Source: Camelus dromedarius
Taxonomy: Eukaryota
Assembly (NCBI RefSeq): GCF_036321535.1
Contig: NC_087436.1
Span: 20,524,001-20,588,000 of the forward strand
DNA: 64,000 nt
Direction: 5' to 3'
Shown here: positions 24,440 through 37,615 of the stretch, piece by piece
Layout: each line of letters opens with the position of its first letter
How positions within the stretch are numbered: the stretch's first letter is position 1
The notes under the pieces: model-generated
What the model was told of the DNA's origin: nothing
Databases searched by the model: none
Seen by the model: the letters and a program-made list of their open reading frames with translations, nothing else
Program-made: the position numbers and the translations under genes

Positions 24440-25600
24440 TTGTCAGTGATCTATAAAGTCTAAGGCAGTGGAAATAGTCTGCGTGAAGGCAGGAAGTCTC
24501 TAAAAGAGTTTGAAGAGTGAGAATAAGATAATCGTAGACTAAACACAATAAACTCAGTAGAATTACTAAAAAGTAGGCTAGAGGACTAGGTGGAGGCCAA
24601 TGTTGAGATGTTAATAACAAGGAATTTGTTGAGGGGAAGAAGGGGAAGGACATCATGACACCATTCATGTCTTTTAAAAGATACTCTGCTGTATAGAGAG
24701 TGGATTTGGGGGGAACATGGAGCATTTAGGGTGTCTGGTTGGGAGGTTATTTTAGAGATCTAAGAGACAGTGGTGGCTAGGTCTAGTCTGAAGGCAATGG
24801 GAAGTAAAGGGACAGAAAAGATTTGAGAAATATTTAGGAGCTTGATGTTTGATTAGATGTTGGATTGCCAAATAAAACATAGTTAAATTTCAATATTTGG
24901 GAAATATTAATACAAAAATTATTCATTGTTTACTGAACTTAAAATTTAGTTGAGAATCCTGTATTTTTCATTGCTAAATCTGGTATGGCAGGTAAAGGAA
25001 AGAGAGAATTCTGACATCTAGGTTTCTGGCACCTGTTGGTTGTATCTGTCTTTACTGAGACCAGGAACACTGGGAGAGGACTGGGTTTTTCTTGGAGGGT
25101 GGGACATCACACTTTCAGTCTGAGTTGTAACCGTGTAGTCAGTAGACAAGGATTGATGGAATCACTCAGGGAGTATTTGCAGAGTGAAAAGAAAAGAATG
25201 CTCAGGCTGATATAAGATCATTGGTAATTAAAAGATGCTCAGAGAAAAAGAAGCCAGTATAGGAGACTGGGAAGGGGCTCTGAGACTGTAGGATGGGATT
25301 CAGAATGCTGATGGTGTGGAAACCCAAGTCAGAGAGGGTTTCATGGAAAAAGAAGTGCTCTATAAGGTAAGTTACAGAGAAGTCAAATCGATTGGGACTG
25401 AAAAGAGACCAGCAATTTTGGCAATTAGGAGATTTGCGGGGATGTAAATGAATTCTTTCAGTGTGATGTTCCAGGGGAAAGAGTGTGCAGATCTGAATTT
25501 AATGAGTTATGGAGTGACCAGGTAAGGAAATAGAAGCTACAAATAGGTAATAAAGGGAGTTGTGCTGGAATATCTACACAGACAGTGGTGGAGGTAAAGA
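24440..25600 (-). mobile_element. L2, continuing the element split by the L1MB
   Basis: agatttgagaaatatttaggag, tctaggtttctggc, and attgggactgaaaagagaccagcaattttggcaattaggag. Confidence 0.7.
24861..24990. mobile_element. MER53-type hAT MITE, internally deleted
   Basis: gattgccaaataaaa...aaaaattattcattgtttactgaacttaaaatttagttgagaatcctgtatttttcattgctaaatctgg. Confidence 0.7.
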
Positions 25601-26759
25601 ACAACAATTCTAAATTCTGTATGCTGTCTTCATCTGCTAATTTTTTCCTGCAGAGCATGGAAACAAAACATTAAGAATCCATTTTCTAGACTCTGGACAA
25701 AGGTGAAATGAAGGAGTTTAGTTTTTCAAGATATTTCCTTTTGTTCTGCAGAGAAAGACCTCAACTTTTAGTATCAAATCAACTTTGATGTATTAGCATT
25801 ACAACTAGTCTCTAGAAAAATATAAAATGAAGTTTTTTTTTTTCAAGAAAAAAAAAGATTTATTTCCTTTTCAGCCCCAGTGATCTTTATAGTCATTCTT
25901 TTGAATATCTGGAGGGTGGATTAACTGTATTGTCGCTTTATAATCTGCAGGGCAGGTGTGTTTGTGGGTGTATGAGCTAGAGATAGTGGAGTGTACCTAA
26001 ATGCTAAGTCAGTTAACATTGATTTGGTACATAGTGAAGCACACCATGTTATAAGGAAAATAAATATAACTTAAAGGCAAAGAAACACTAAACACCCAGT
26101 TAATTTATGGTGAAGCATACTTAGTTTATGATTTTGGTTAATACATACTTTAACTAGAACAGTGTTCTGTGCTCATTTTTATTAAATACTGTAGGTGTTT
26201 GCTGGGGTATGAGGTAATAACCCAAATACAATTAAAATGACCATAAAATTAGGGTCTCCACGTAGGCTCCCAAGGATGGGTCTGTTTGAGGCTTCTAGTC
26301 ATCAGCATTGGGTGGTCTGCTATTGCTGCATGATACTTAAATAGAGCTTTTTCCCCCTTAGGTCTGTAAGGTGTTAAGGTGTTTTTGTAAAACCCCATAA
26401 ACCCTCGTTAAACACTTTTTTTTTTTCATAAAGAAAACTTAAATCTTTATTTGACGTGTTTTCTGTGGCACTATTTTGGCATTTTAACAAGTCCTTTAAA
26501 GAATCACTCTAATAATTGCATACACCTCTGGCGTGGGGGTGGAGGGGTGTTTATTCAGGTTTTTGTAAATCATACTGCCTGACCCACTAAGCAACAAGCA
26601 CAGCTTTTTGGTACATTTTAATTTAATAAGGAAAAAAGATCAAAAAGAATCTCCAGGTGGAGAAAGTTAAGCTAATTTGGGTATTGCACATTAACTGATT
26701 GAAAGGAAGGTTTGACTACTGACTGAATTAACTATGATTCAGATATATGAGATTATTTA

Positions 26760-27040
26760 CTACAGTGAGGGTTTCCCTAAACACTGCAGAAGAAGTAGAA
26801 ATACTTTTCCCCACCCTGACACTTCTCATTCCCTTTTCCTGCTTTATATTTTCTCCAGTGCACTGCCTTTGAAAACAGTGTATAATTTATTTATTGTGTC
26901 TACTATTTTTGTGGCTGTCAGAATGTAAGGACGTTGTGCTTTTGTTCACTGTTGTATATTTAATATCTAGGATGGTGCTTGGGACATAGTGGCACACAAT
27001 AAACTTGTTTGTTGAATGAATGAAGGAGTGAATGAATAAG
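26760..27040 (+). mobile_element. L2a 3' end
   Basis: ttgttcactgttgtat...tgcttgggacatagtggcacacaataaacttgtttgttgaatgaatgaa. Confidence 0.8.
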
Positions 27041-27419
27041 TTACATTCCATTTGTGTTCCAAGATATACTGTGAACTTCAGCTCTTTCAGAGTCTTGCAT
27101 ATGCATGTAAATTTCTCTTAAAGATCTCATTTCGCTCCCCTTTCACTCTACTTTTTGAATCACAAAATCTTGGCATCATTAGGAATAATGTTTGTATGTT
27201 TATAGGAATCATGTGAAGTCAGACCATGGTTTTTTGATGATGTCATGAAGCAGTATTCCATATAAATGCATTTGCACTCTAGAATTTCTTCCAAGTAAAA
27301 ACAGTTGGTTATGTTAGCTTTTTTTTTTTTTTTTTTTTTTACTTTAAAAGAAAGAAAACACCTCAGTTCACAGCAATTTTGATATTTGCAGACTCTGTAT
27401 TTCTTAAAAATACTTAACT

Positions 27420-29385
27420 GGGAAGGAGGATTCTGGGAAGATGACAGAGTAGGAAGCAGTGGAAATGTGTCCTCTCACCTGGACAGCAGTTACACTGACA
27501 GATGTAACTACTTTGGAACTCTGGAGTCTATTGAAGGCTTACATCTTCCAGGGAAAGACTTGAATAATAGATTTCAGTTAATTTCAATCAGTTTCAACTC
27601 AGCACTGTAGCAGCTCCCCCATCTTCCAGTCCCCAGCCAAGGCAGGGCAGCTGTGCACTTGATCTTGGAGAAGCTTGTGTGCAACTTTCAGTAGCCAGAA
27701 TAGGCATTAAGGACTCTGTCCTCTAAATATTGAAGATCTGTGTTCTGATTACTGTTCCTTATTGTGGAATTGCAGACACAGAGGTGGCCATCTATTATTT
27801 GCAACCCCACTTCATTGTTACAAGCCTCCCCACTCTGACTCAAGTGACTTCCAGGGGATGTAGTGATTTGGCACCCCCTTTTATTTTACCCACCTTCCTT
27901 TTTCTCTTTTTCACCATTTGGGAGCCTGACATTGAAGACTAGGACATTCAAAAGCAGCTGCATACCCAGAGAAAATTAGAAAGTCATTACACATGTCCAA
28001 AGGAAAGGCACAGGCTCATAAAAGACCTACAAAGACTTTAAGTTTATACCTCAGGCTGATCTTCAGCAAGGAGATAGCCTATAACAATCAAAACAGAACA
28101 AAAAAAAAAAATGAAAATCAGCAAACTCTTGAGGAAGGAGAAGAATCTTATATGAGAGATACAACATTATTAGCTTCAAATATCCATTTTTCAACAAAAG
28201 AAAACCTCAAAGAATATAAAGCAACAGGGAAGTATTGCCCATTCAAAAGAAGTAAACAGAAACTATCCTTGGAAAGACCAGAAGGCAGACATACTAGACA
28301 AAGATTTTAAAACAGCTGTTGTAAAAATGCTTAAAGAGCTAAAGGAAGATATGGATAAAGTCATGAAAACAATGTATGAACAAAATGAAAATACCAATAA
28401 AGTGAAAAATTTTGAAGATGCTAAAGGGAAATTTTAGAGCTGAAAATTACAATGACTGAAATGCAAAACTTACTGAAGGGATTCAAAGGCAGATTTGAAC
28501 AGGCATAGAAAGATTCAGCAAACTTCAAAATAGGACAATGGAAATTATCAAATCTGAGGAACAGAAAAAAAAAAAAGATGAAAGAAAAGTGAACAGAACC
28601 TAAGGTACCTGTGGGACATCATCAAGTGAACCAGCTTATACATTGTGGGAGCACCAGAAGGAAAAGAGGGAAAGAAAGGAATGAGAGATTATTTGAAGAA
28701 ATAATGGCTGAAAATCTTCAAAATTTGTTGAAAGACAAGAAGATAAACATGAAAGGTCAATGAAATCCAAGTAGCATGAAATCAAAGAGATCCACACTGA
28801 TATACATTATAATCAAATTGTCAGACGTCAAAGACAAAGAGAATCTTGCAAGCAAGGAGAAAAGCAAATTGTCACACACAAGAGATCCTCAATAAGATTA
28901 TCACCATATTTATTATCAGAAAATTTGGAGACCAGAAGGCAATGAGTAGATATATTTAAGTGTTAAATGAAAGAATCTGTCAACCAAAAATCCCAAGAAT
29001 CCTATATCCAGCAAAACTGTCCTTGAAAAGTGAGGGAGAAATTAAGACATTCCCAGATAAACAAAATCTGAGGGAGTTCTTTACCACTAGACCTGCCCTG
29101 CAAGAAATCCTAAAGGGAGTCCTGCAGGTTGAAACAGAAGGACACTAGACAATAACTTGAAGCTGTATGAAGAAATAAATATCTTAATAAAGATAAACAT
29201 ATGGGCAGTTATTAAAGTTAGTATTATTGTAACAATAGTCTATGACTCCATTTTTTTTTTTGTTTTCCACATAATTTAAGAGACTAATACACTTTAAAAA
29301 TGTATTGGTCTAAAAGCTAGGATTATTATAATTTTTGTTTGTAACTCCACATTTTATTTTCTACATAATTTCAAGAGTCTGATGA
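27420..29385 (+). mobile_element. L1 5' UTR plus decayed ORF1 and inter-ORF region; no ORF2
   Basis: Starts ggaggattctgggaagatgacagagtagg, an L1 5' start. ORF 28960-29148 reads RILYPAKLSLKSEGEIKTFPDKQNLREFFTTRPALQEILKGVLQ, the L1 ORF1p C-terminus. Confidence 0.92.
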
Positions 29386-30887
29386 AGTTGATGAGGAGTT
29401 TCAGAAGAGATAGAAGGGTTAGAGAGAATTAGCAAGTCCCACATATGAAGAGATAATGGCAGAGAATTTTTCAGTATTGAAAAAGGCATTGATTTAGAAA
29501 ATGCTATGGTTAATTCCTAATTGTCCAAGAGTTGATACTTTCCCCACTGCCTAGGTAAGGAAACTCTAAGGGAAATCCTTGATTTTGTGTTGGTATTTCT
29601 GGGAAAAGATTTTGTTGGGAAAGAGGTTGGAACTACTGGATATGAGATAAACAGACTTATCTGATGACTTCTTACATTTTTCTCTATTTCCAATTTGCAT
29701 TACACTACAATAGTACAAATTATGCCCTCTTAGTTATTGAATGATATATTATCAAGGTAGAATTTGGTACATTTGTGATTTTGAACAGGTTAATGAATTA
29801 AATAATATTACAAATTAAACTTTCTCTTCAAAGAACATTTAGAAAATGTTTAGACTGAAACTATGGCCATACATTCTTAGGGTGTGTTTTATAATACTTA
29901 ACTAGTATGTGGTTCTTATTCTGAATGTAATACTTGTTTTGGAATTTAAATAATAAACAATATTTTATACATATTTCTGCTTAAAGTCACATTTTGTCAT
30001 ATTTGGCTGCAAAGCATATGGTAGAATCAGCACAGAGCCTATCCAATGGAAATATGAACAGGACCACACAAAACGGTTCCACTGTGTCATTTTGTTCAAT
30101 GTGGCTTCACGAAAATAAACTCTTCTCACCACAAAAACTTGCTTGTCATTTCCCACTTTTTAAAATGATCACTTTTAACTTCATTTCCAGCACCTTATCC
30201 ATTTTCTAACCGTTGTCTACTCTAAAGTGATTTGAAAATTTGTTTATTTTGCTTTGGAATCCCTCATTCTTCATTTTTTTCACCACATTTCTAACTATAA
30301 AATGCATATTATTAAAACATGTTAAGCCTTCGGGATAGTTTGATGTTGGTAATGTAAGATTTTTGGCTCCTTCATTTAAACTTCTGTGGTATTTTTATTT
30401 TCAGTATATTTGATATTTTTCTATGCGTTTTAACTTTTAGAGATTTTCTTTTAGCACATAATTGAGAACTGGTTTAATTCTCCAGAACATTCAGCTTAAA
30501 CTTTATTCAGCTTTCTTTTTTTAGTTTGTTTATCAGACAGTGTATTTATGGGCATTTTTTTTGTCCAGGTATCTTTAATTTTCTTGATGCAAATCCAAGG
30601 CTCAGAACTCATCTTCAAAAGAAGCATGAATTATTTCCAGATATTCTAATAGGTGGGAAATAAGAGTAACAGCAAAATGGCCCTTGCATAAACAGAAGAA
30701 CAAGATATGGGCAATCATAACACAGTCTATTTCCAATCAATCACAGATTTACACTTTTTTAAAGGGCAATACCCTAAGAAAGATACAATATTCTAATATG
30801 GAATTGGTACAGAATATTGTTGAGGGGAAACTTTAAATGCTTGCTATCATTTATTTTAATACATTCTTATATCACATAATTCTTTTC

Positions 30888-31097
30888 ATTTGTTTCTCAA
30901 CATAAGCACCATTGGAAATTTGGACCAGGTAGTTGTTGTGGGGAGCTTTCGTTGTGTGTAGGACGTGTAGTAATCTCCCTGGTTTCTACCCACTAGATGC
31001 CAGTAGCACCCTCCCCAATCATGACAGTCAAAAATGTCTCCAGACAAACTGTCAAATACACCTATGTGGTAAAATTATCTCTGGTTGGAGAACACTG
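30888..31097. mobile_element. MER20 hAT-Charlie MITE
   Basis: ctccctggtttctacccactagatgccagtagcaccctcccc...atgacagtcaaaaatgtctccagaca...ggagaacactg. Confidence 0.9.
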
Positions 31098-31904
31098 GTT
31101 TAGGGCATTATGTTGCTAACCCATTTCACTCATGGTCAAATCTAGTCTTGATCCTCATCTCCCAGTTGTTCACTTTTGTACTTAAGGTTTACCTGTCAGT
31201 TGTACTTTATTCCACCTATGAATGATTTATTTTGGTTTCTAAGTATACACATTTTTGTCTTCATTTTTCACCACATTTTATAAGATACCTACCCGTTTCA
31301 TCAGTCATTTGAAATTTATTTTTGACAGAATATAAACTGCATATTTTCATTCCTTTATTCTGAACATTAGTAAAGATCAGAAATGTAGGGATTATCCCTG
31401 TGAAACACAGTTTGGAAATGTTCTCCAAATTGTTAATGTATCACTAGTAATTGCCCTTTGAATGCAACCCCCATATCTAAGTCATTCACTTCTTTATTAG
31501 ACACTTGGCCCCAAACCTGTTTTTCTGAATGTCTTTAACTTTGTTTGTGAAACAGTCAAAATGCCTTATCAACATCAGGAGAGATTACATCTCCCCTTAC
31601 TCCATATCTCTTTGGTGGAAACAAATTTAATTGTCTCTCCAAATTTCTTTACCACAGAGTCACATTGGTTACTTGTGAGTGAGTGAGTGGAATCATTCTT
31701 GAATTACAAAGAACACTGGATAGTCTGTGCTACTCTTTGAAGATGGAGGATGCTGAGGATGGCCAACGTCTGTCAATAAACGCCCTTTTTATAACTCACA
31801 GATGGTGAGAAGGGGCACTTCTCTTACAGACACAGGAAACCTTTATGGTTATGCTTTATGAGTAAGCATCGTTAGGCACCTTTTCTCCCAGACGTCTTCC
31901 ATCC

Positions 31905-32330
31905 CTCCCATTCTTCTTTCATTTATTTATTGCCCATTGACCTATTTAGTTAACCAACAATTACTGATTACTCACTCTGTGTCAGACATTAAGAACACAA
32001 TGATGAAAACAGTAGGGACCTTGCCTTCAAGTAGCAGACAGACTGATTTGGGGAGTGGGATGGAGGAAGACAAGTGAACAGTTATTTATACTACAACGTG
32101 CCAAATGTAGTGGTAAAAGGGAGAACACCATGATAGGAATATGCAGGCGAGGTGGCGCCAGGGAGGACTTCCCAGACAGAGTGATGTCTAAATTCAGAAT
32201 TAAAGGTAGAGTAGAAATAATTCTGGGGGAAGAGTGGGAAAGATATTCCAAGTGAACGGAGTGGAATGAAGGCATGACTAGGGAAATGCAAATGGTTCAG
32301 TCTAGATGGAAAGTTCTCTTTCATCAGAAC
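31905..32330 (-). mobile_element. L2 3' fragment
   Basis: ttaaccaacaattactgattactcactctgtgtcagaca...cagggaggacttcccagacagagtgatgtctaaatt. Confidence 0.65.
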
Positions 32331-35300
32331 TAAATTGAGGAAGATACACTGAATATACTAGAAGACCACCCATGGTTTATATAAACACAGTCAGTGTCCA
32401 CAGCTCATGACTTTGTTTTTTCCTCCCAAGTTTCTACTGGTAATGGGAATATCTAAAAATTGCCACATCACTTTTGAGTGAGCATTTCTTAATGGAGACA
32501 TAGATAGTTTTTCTAATGGAATATCAGCAAAAAAGCTGTTGCCTGACATCCTGACATAATGACCCTACTTTCAAGTTGGCATTAATTTACTCTCCTAGTT
32601 CCCTGTGGGAATAACACCACATTATACTATTTTATACCAATATTTTAAATTAAGTCAAACCTAGTGAAAAAAGAAGGTAGTCTATAACCACTGTTTAAAT
32701 CCTAAGGAAATTAATGTTCTCTTTCATTTGTTCACAATTGCTATGCTCTCTCCTTAGGTATTTTTCCTTTTTTGATTTCTTATTTTCTAATTCATTCTTT
32801 CCTTCTCTCTGGCTTTAGAACTCCTGTCTTCATCCTACCATATCTTGTTATATACTGGACAGGCCATGCTCGCTGTTCTCTAAGAGGATAAAGAATTAGA
32901 TCACAGATCGTAAATAATCCTCATATTTGCTTGCAGATGGGCAGAATCATTTCTGTACCAGTTCATTATAAGTTGAAAGCAAAGACTAGTCTTGCTCATC
33001 TTTATCTAGTATTTTGAAAAAATTAAACCAAGACATTGATCACTCAAAATAGGCAGCAACTCCTATCAACCACTTTTCAGATAAGGAGAAACGTAAAAAC
33101 AAGCAATATACCTGCAGGGTTTGTGGTAAATCAGTGAGCCTGTCAATAATCAAGTATAATGCACTGGACTGACTCTGGGTGTAATTTATCAAGAATATAT
33201 AAAATATTCTGGGAAGAAGTTTTAGTGTTTAGCACCTCTCAGACAGTTGTGGTCCAGAAAAATGTTACAAATCATTGCCTTCCTTATTGGTTTAGTGATA
33301 GGCTTAATCCCATGCCAGGTGTCAGACCCATTCCCCTGTTGCATGAAACTACTCGAACTCTAATGAAGACAGCTTTTGTTAGAATGGGAATAAAGAAAAC
33401 AAACAAACAAACAAACAAAGCAAAACAAAACCCACTTCGTGTATGTGTGTGTGTGGGCTCACACACACTTTTGTCAGTTGAACTGGAAATCTTTGGATCT
33501 CTTTTCCGGGTATATGCTAACACATCTTGATAGCATCGACTATGTAGTATTTAAGTCTTTGTGTATTGCTTATAATTAAATGCTAGCGTATTAGGTTAAA
33601 AGATAAATTTCAAATGCTAATACCTTACCTAGTCAGATCGTCACTGCAGATTACATATGCCTTCTTCTCTGAAGAATTTGCTGCTGAAATGCCTTTATAA
33701 TCCGTGGTTTAGAATAATCTCTTTCAACCCTTGCCACTTCTGTCCTCACTCTGAGCTGATTGCCTCCCCTCCTATTTCTTAGAGAAAAGGCAGACCATCA
33801 GAGGGGACCACTGTCAACTCTCGTATAGGAAAGCAACTATGTGAACTCAGTAAAGCCAGTACCATATGACCTATCGCTTAGTTAATAAAGCCAATGGAGG
33901 CCTCAGCGATTGTTTAATTGTTTTAATATCGGAAAGCTAATTTTTAAAACCTGGATTCCTGTCCCTAAGGTTGTGGGGTGTATCATTTTCCATCTGATGT
34001 CTGTGTTGTCCTTGGTGAGCTGATGAGGCCAACTCACAGGGCTCTGCTTGAACGCAGAGCATTTGCTCTGCACTTATCGACCATGTGCCAAAGTCTTGAG
34101 AGCCGTGCATTTTCCCCAAATTCAGATCTTCTGGCTCATTGTCAGTCAAGTCATGCCAGAGCTGCTAGCCAACAAAAGCATATAGGGAAAATAAATTTGT
34201 CATAGGAAAAGTACAGAAAAGTGATCACTTTCGGGCAGGACTACAGTAAGAACACTGTTAGGCTGCACTGCACTAATGTTAAAAACAAAATGCCTTGCCA
34301 AATATCTTTTTAAAAAAATTTTTTTGGTGTGTGTAAATTAAAGCACAAGTGTTAGTATACTTTTACCACGTAGTTAGAACTCAATTCAATGACACACCGA
34401 AAACCATGGATATGGGCAAGAATTATTTACCCAGGAACCAAGATGGTTCTATTTTAACCCTTCCTCCACACCCTGCCCAATCGTGTTTTCACTAGCCAGC
34501 TCCCAGGTGTGAGCAGTGGAGAGGTGGAGGAGGGGGTGGTTTGAATTTCAGCAAAGCATAGCAGGTGTAATGGTGGTCTCAGAGAAACACCTCCTTTCTT
34601 TTCACAGAATAACAGGTCATTTCACTGAGAAAAGAGCTGGGTTTTCTCCAGTACTTACACCTTACATTTTCAAATACCTACCACATGGAGAGGATTTCCA
34701 GAAGACTACAGCAGAGCTGCTCTAAACACCTAGTGACTGGGGATGGAGGTTTCTACCAGTACTTTGTCTTTCCTGTAAGGGAGAGCATAATAGTAATAAT
34801 GTTTCACTTCTTTTTGGCTTTGAAATACATGGAAATGAATTTAAAAGATAAAAAGAAGGTCAGGCAATCCACAGAAGATCATTATTCCAGGTATTTCAGT
34901 GCTCTTTTTCAAAGAAAGCATTGCATACTCTACAGGCATCTGTCAGATTATAACAGATTCTGTTACCCAAAGATGTAGAATGGAACAGGAAGAGAAATCT
35001 GAGGGGTCCTTCATCTGCCATATTTGCCACAAAAAATAGTTTCTGGTGTTGCTGTAACAGAGACTTGTTATTTGGCGGGTTCATATGCTGATGTTCTGAG
35101 AACCAGATGCCAGAATTTTCCCAGTGAGGTAATGACAGCAGGCAAAGGAGGTGGTGCCTACTACCCAGTGAAAAAGATAATGAACCATACAATTTGCAAG
35201 CTGTTATAAAGTCCCTTTCCTCCTTCCACATTCCCCAAGTCACATGTTCTTTGGTTACATCTGCACCCTTTCTATTCCCCAGCAAGTTGGCCATCACTCT

Positions 35301-35769
35301 TCGTTTTCACTAGATGTTATCTGTATAAACATTTTGGACCTGCAGGATGGGAGATACACACTGTGTTTCTCCCTGATCCACATGTCTCCTCAAGGAAGGC
35401 TGTGTTGGCTACGTATTACCTCAGAAGATGAACATGATGTAGGGATGACTGTTGTGCTTGTCCTGGGAGGTACGTGTTGGAATGAAGAAAATCCCACACA
35501 AAGAGACTGGATTGGGCACAGACTGAGTTCTGAAGTTGCAAGCTCTGTTTTCCTCTATTTTTTCCCCCCTTTTAAGAAAATGTTCTCAGATTTTCCCTTT
35601 CACTGACCCAAGATAGTCTTTTGAGCAACTTACAGTTTTTCAGCTGCCTCCACCCTCTGTTTTGGGGTTGCTTTTGTTTTCTAACTCTTGCGACCACTTA
35701 GTTACTTACTGATGGTTTGAGAAGTGTCATAAAGCAGCGATGTCCCTTGCTAGATGTACGTAATTACTG

Positions 35770-35809
35770 ACACACACATGAAATACACACACACACACAC
35801 ACACACACA
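35770..35809. repeat. Interrupted (CA)n microsatellite
   Basis: Read directly. Confidence 0.9.
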
Positions 35810-36784
35810 TAAATTTATCTCTAAATGGATCCTAAGGAGGCATTAGTTGCTCTAATGGAGCTAAACTTGTTTTGACAATTTTTTCTTCCAGTAAAAAGAG
35901 CTTTAAAAAAGTTTCTGGAGTAGATGAACCTTAGTCATTTTTTCTTAAAAGTATTTCATGCTGTACAAATATGATCAACTATTTAAAACATTTACCTCGT
36001 CTCTATTTCAACTCAGGATTTTCAGAAACTATAGGGGTCAACTTCTTCCCTAGTTTGTATGATAATTATCTACAGCTTAGAAGCAAGGGTGCAGGCAAAG
36101 CCCATGTCCCCAGGACAAACTTAGGTCTCTGAATTGTCATCACTGACTTTCTAAACTTGACCTGAAATCCAGGAATATAAAGCTGTTAGTATTTAAGAAT
36201 AGTTAGGGGATCATATGGTTATAATTTGAGTTGGATTTTCAATGCCATAGAATTTGATATTTGAAAGAATTCTATGGCAAATCTTTGTGTGTGTGTGTGA
36301 AGAATTGTCTCAGAATATATTTTTGGGTATAGATCCAGAACTTCCTGTATTGCTGGCTTAGATGATGCACCCCTCTTCTGCAGGCTTCCTCCCTCACAGC
36401 TGGTAATATCTGTATTGTGAATTCTATTTGATTGCTTACAATAAACACAATCCTCTAACATGTTTTCAGGAACTTCTACACTAAAGTGTCCTCCATGATA
36501 GAGAACATGAACTCTAAATTTTTCTGCCCTGGAGAAGTCCAGGCCTTAGCTCAAAGTGATTCAAATCATATTAAGAATTTCTCTGAACACTTCACCTTCC
36601 ATATTAATGCAACGTTTATACTATGATTCATAACAAGTCCCTTCCTTACTTTAATTTAAAATGTTTCAAATGACTTCCCATTGTGTGAATCTGGTGCAGT
36701 AGGAAGAGGTGCCATGTTCATTCCGTTCCACTTTGGCACACCCAGCAGGACTCTAAGGCAGCAAAGAGGATTCACATTTTTATC

Positions 36785-37615
36785 CACTCATTCATTCATG
36801 TATTTAGCAAGCATCGTTTTGAATGTTTCCTCTGTGTTCAGCACTGTACAAGGTGCTGAAAGAAGGCAGATTCTTTCTTTCATTATCCAATGACCTAGTA
36901 GGGTGGATAAACATGGAAATTCATAAATGTAATAAAGTCCATCAATGCTAGGATTGAACTGTGTACAGTATACAGTTAAGGCCCCAACACATGGGGGGGG
37001 GGAAAGTGACAAGAAAACTTCGTAGAGGAGGTGACATTTGAAGAATTCCCTGAAGCTAAGTGAACTGTTCACCAGGAAGAGGAAGGGCACCCTGGACAGA
37101 GGAGGCAGCATGAGCAGAGGCGTGGAGTGCGAACAGGCTTGGGAGATGTTTCAGTATGACTTAGGGATGCAGTGGGAGGGGCGAGAGCTACAGTTAGAGA
37201 TACAGGTAGAAGCCAGATTGTGTGGAGATTTTATACCACATTTCAGCACTGAGTTTTTCTTGTAGGCAGTCAGGAACCCCCAAAGAGTTTTAGGCAGGGG
37301 ACTGATGTGATCAGTGTAGCCACAAAGTGGATAATGAATTAAAGAAAACAAAACTTGAGGCAGAGAGATGGGTTAGGTAACTGTAACAAGAGTCCTGGTA
37401 TGAAGTGATGACAGCTTGAACTAAAGCCATCAAGGTAAGATCAATGAAGGGACATAAGTGAGAGACGTTATGGAGATAGAATTGACAGGTCTTGATCAAT
37501 AGCATGATGTGGGAGATTAGGAAAGAAGATAGAAGGAAGAGAAGAGTTTAAAACGATTCTGCGTTTTTGACTTCGGGGATGGCAAATAGTGCTTTAACTG
37601 AATATAAGAGGAAGA
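36785..37615 (-). mobile_element. L2 (L2b/c-like)
   Basis: cactcattcattcatgtatttagcaagcat...ggaggtgacatttgaag...ggagatagaattgacaggtcttg. Confidence 0.8.

Noticed and set aside
28960..29148. L1 ORF1p-like ORF as a domesticated gene (L1TD1-like)
   Set aside because: Upstream ORF1 has stops and frameshifts; it is an ordinary decayed L1.
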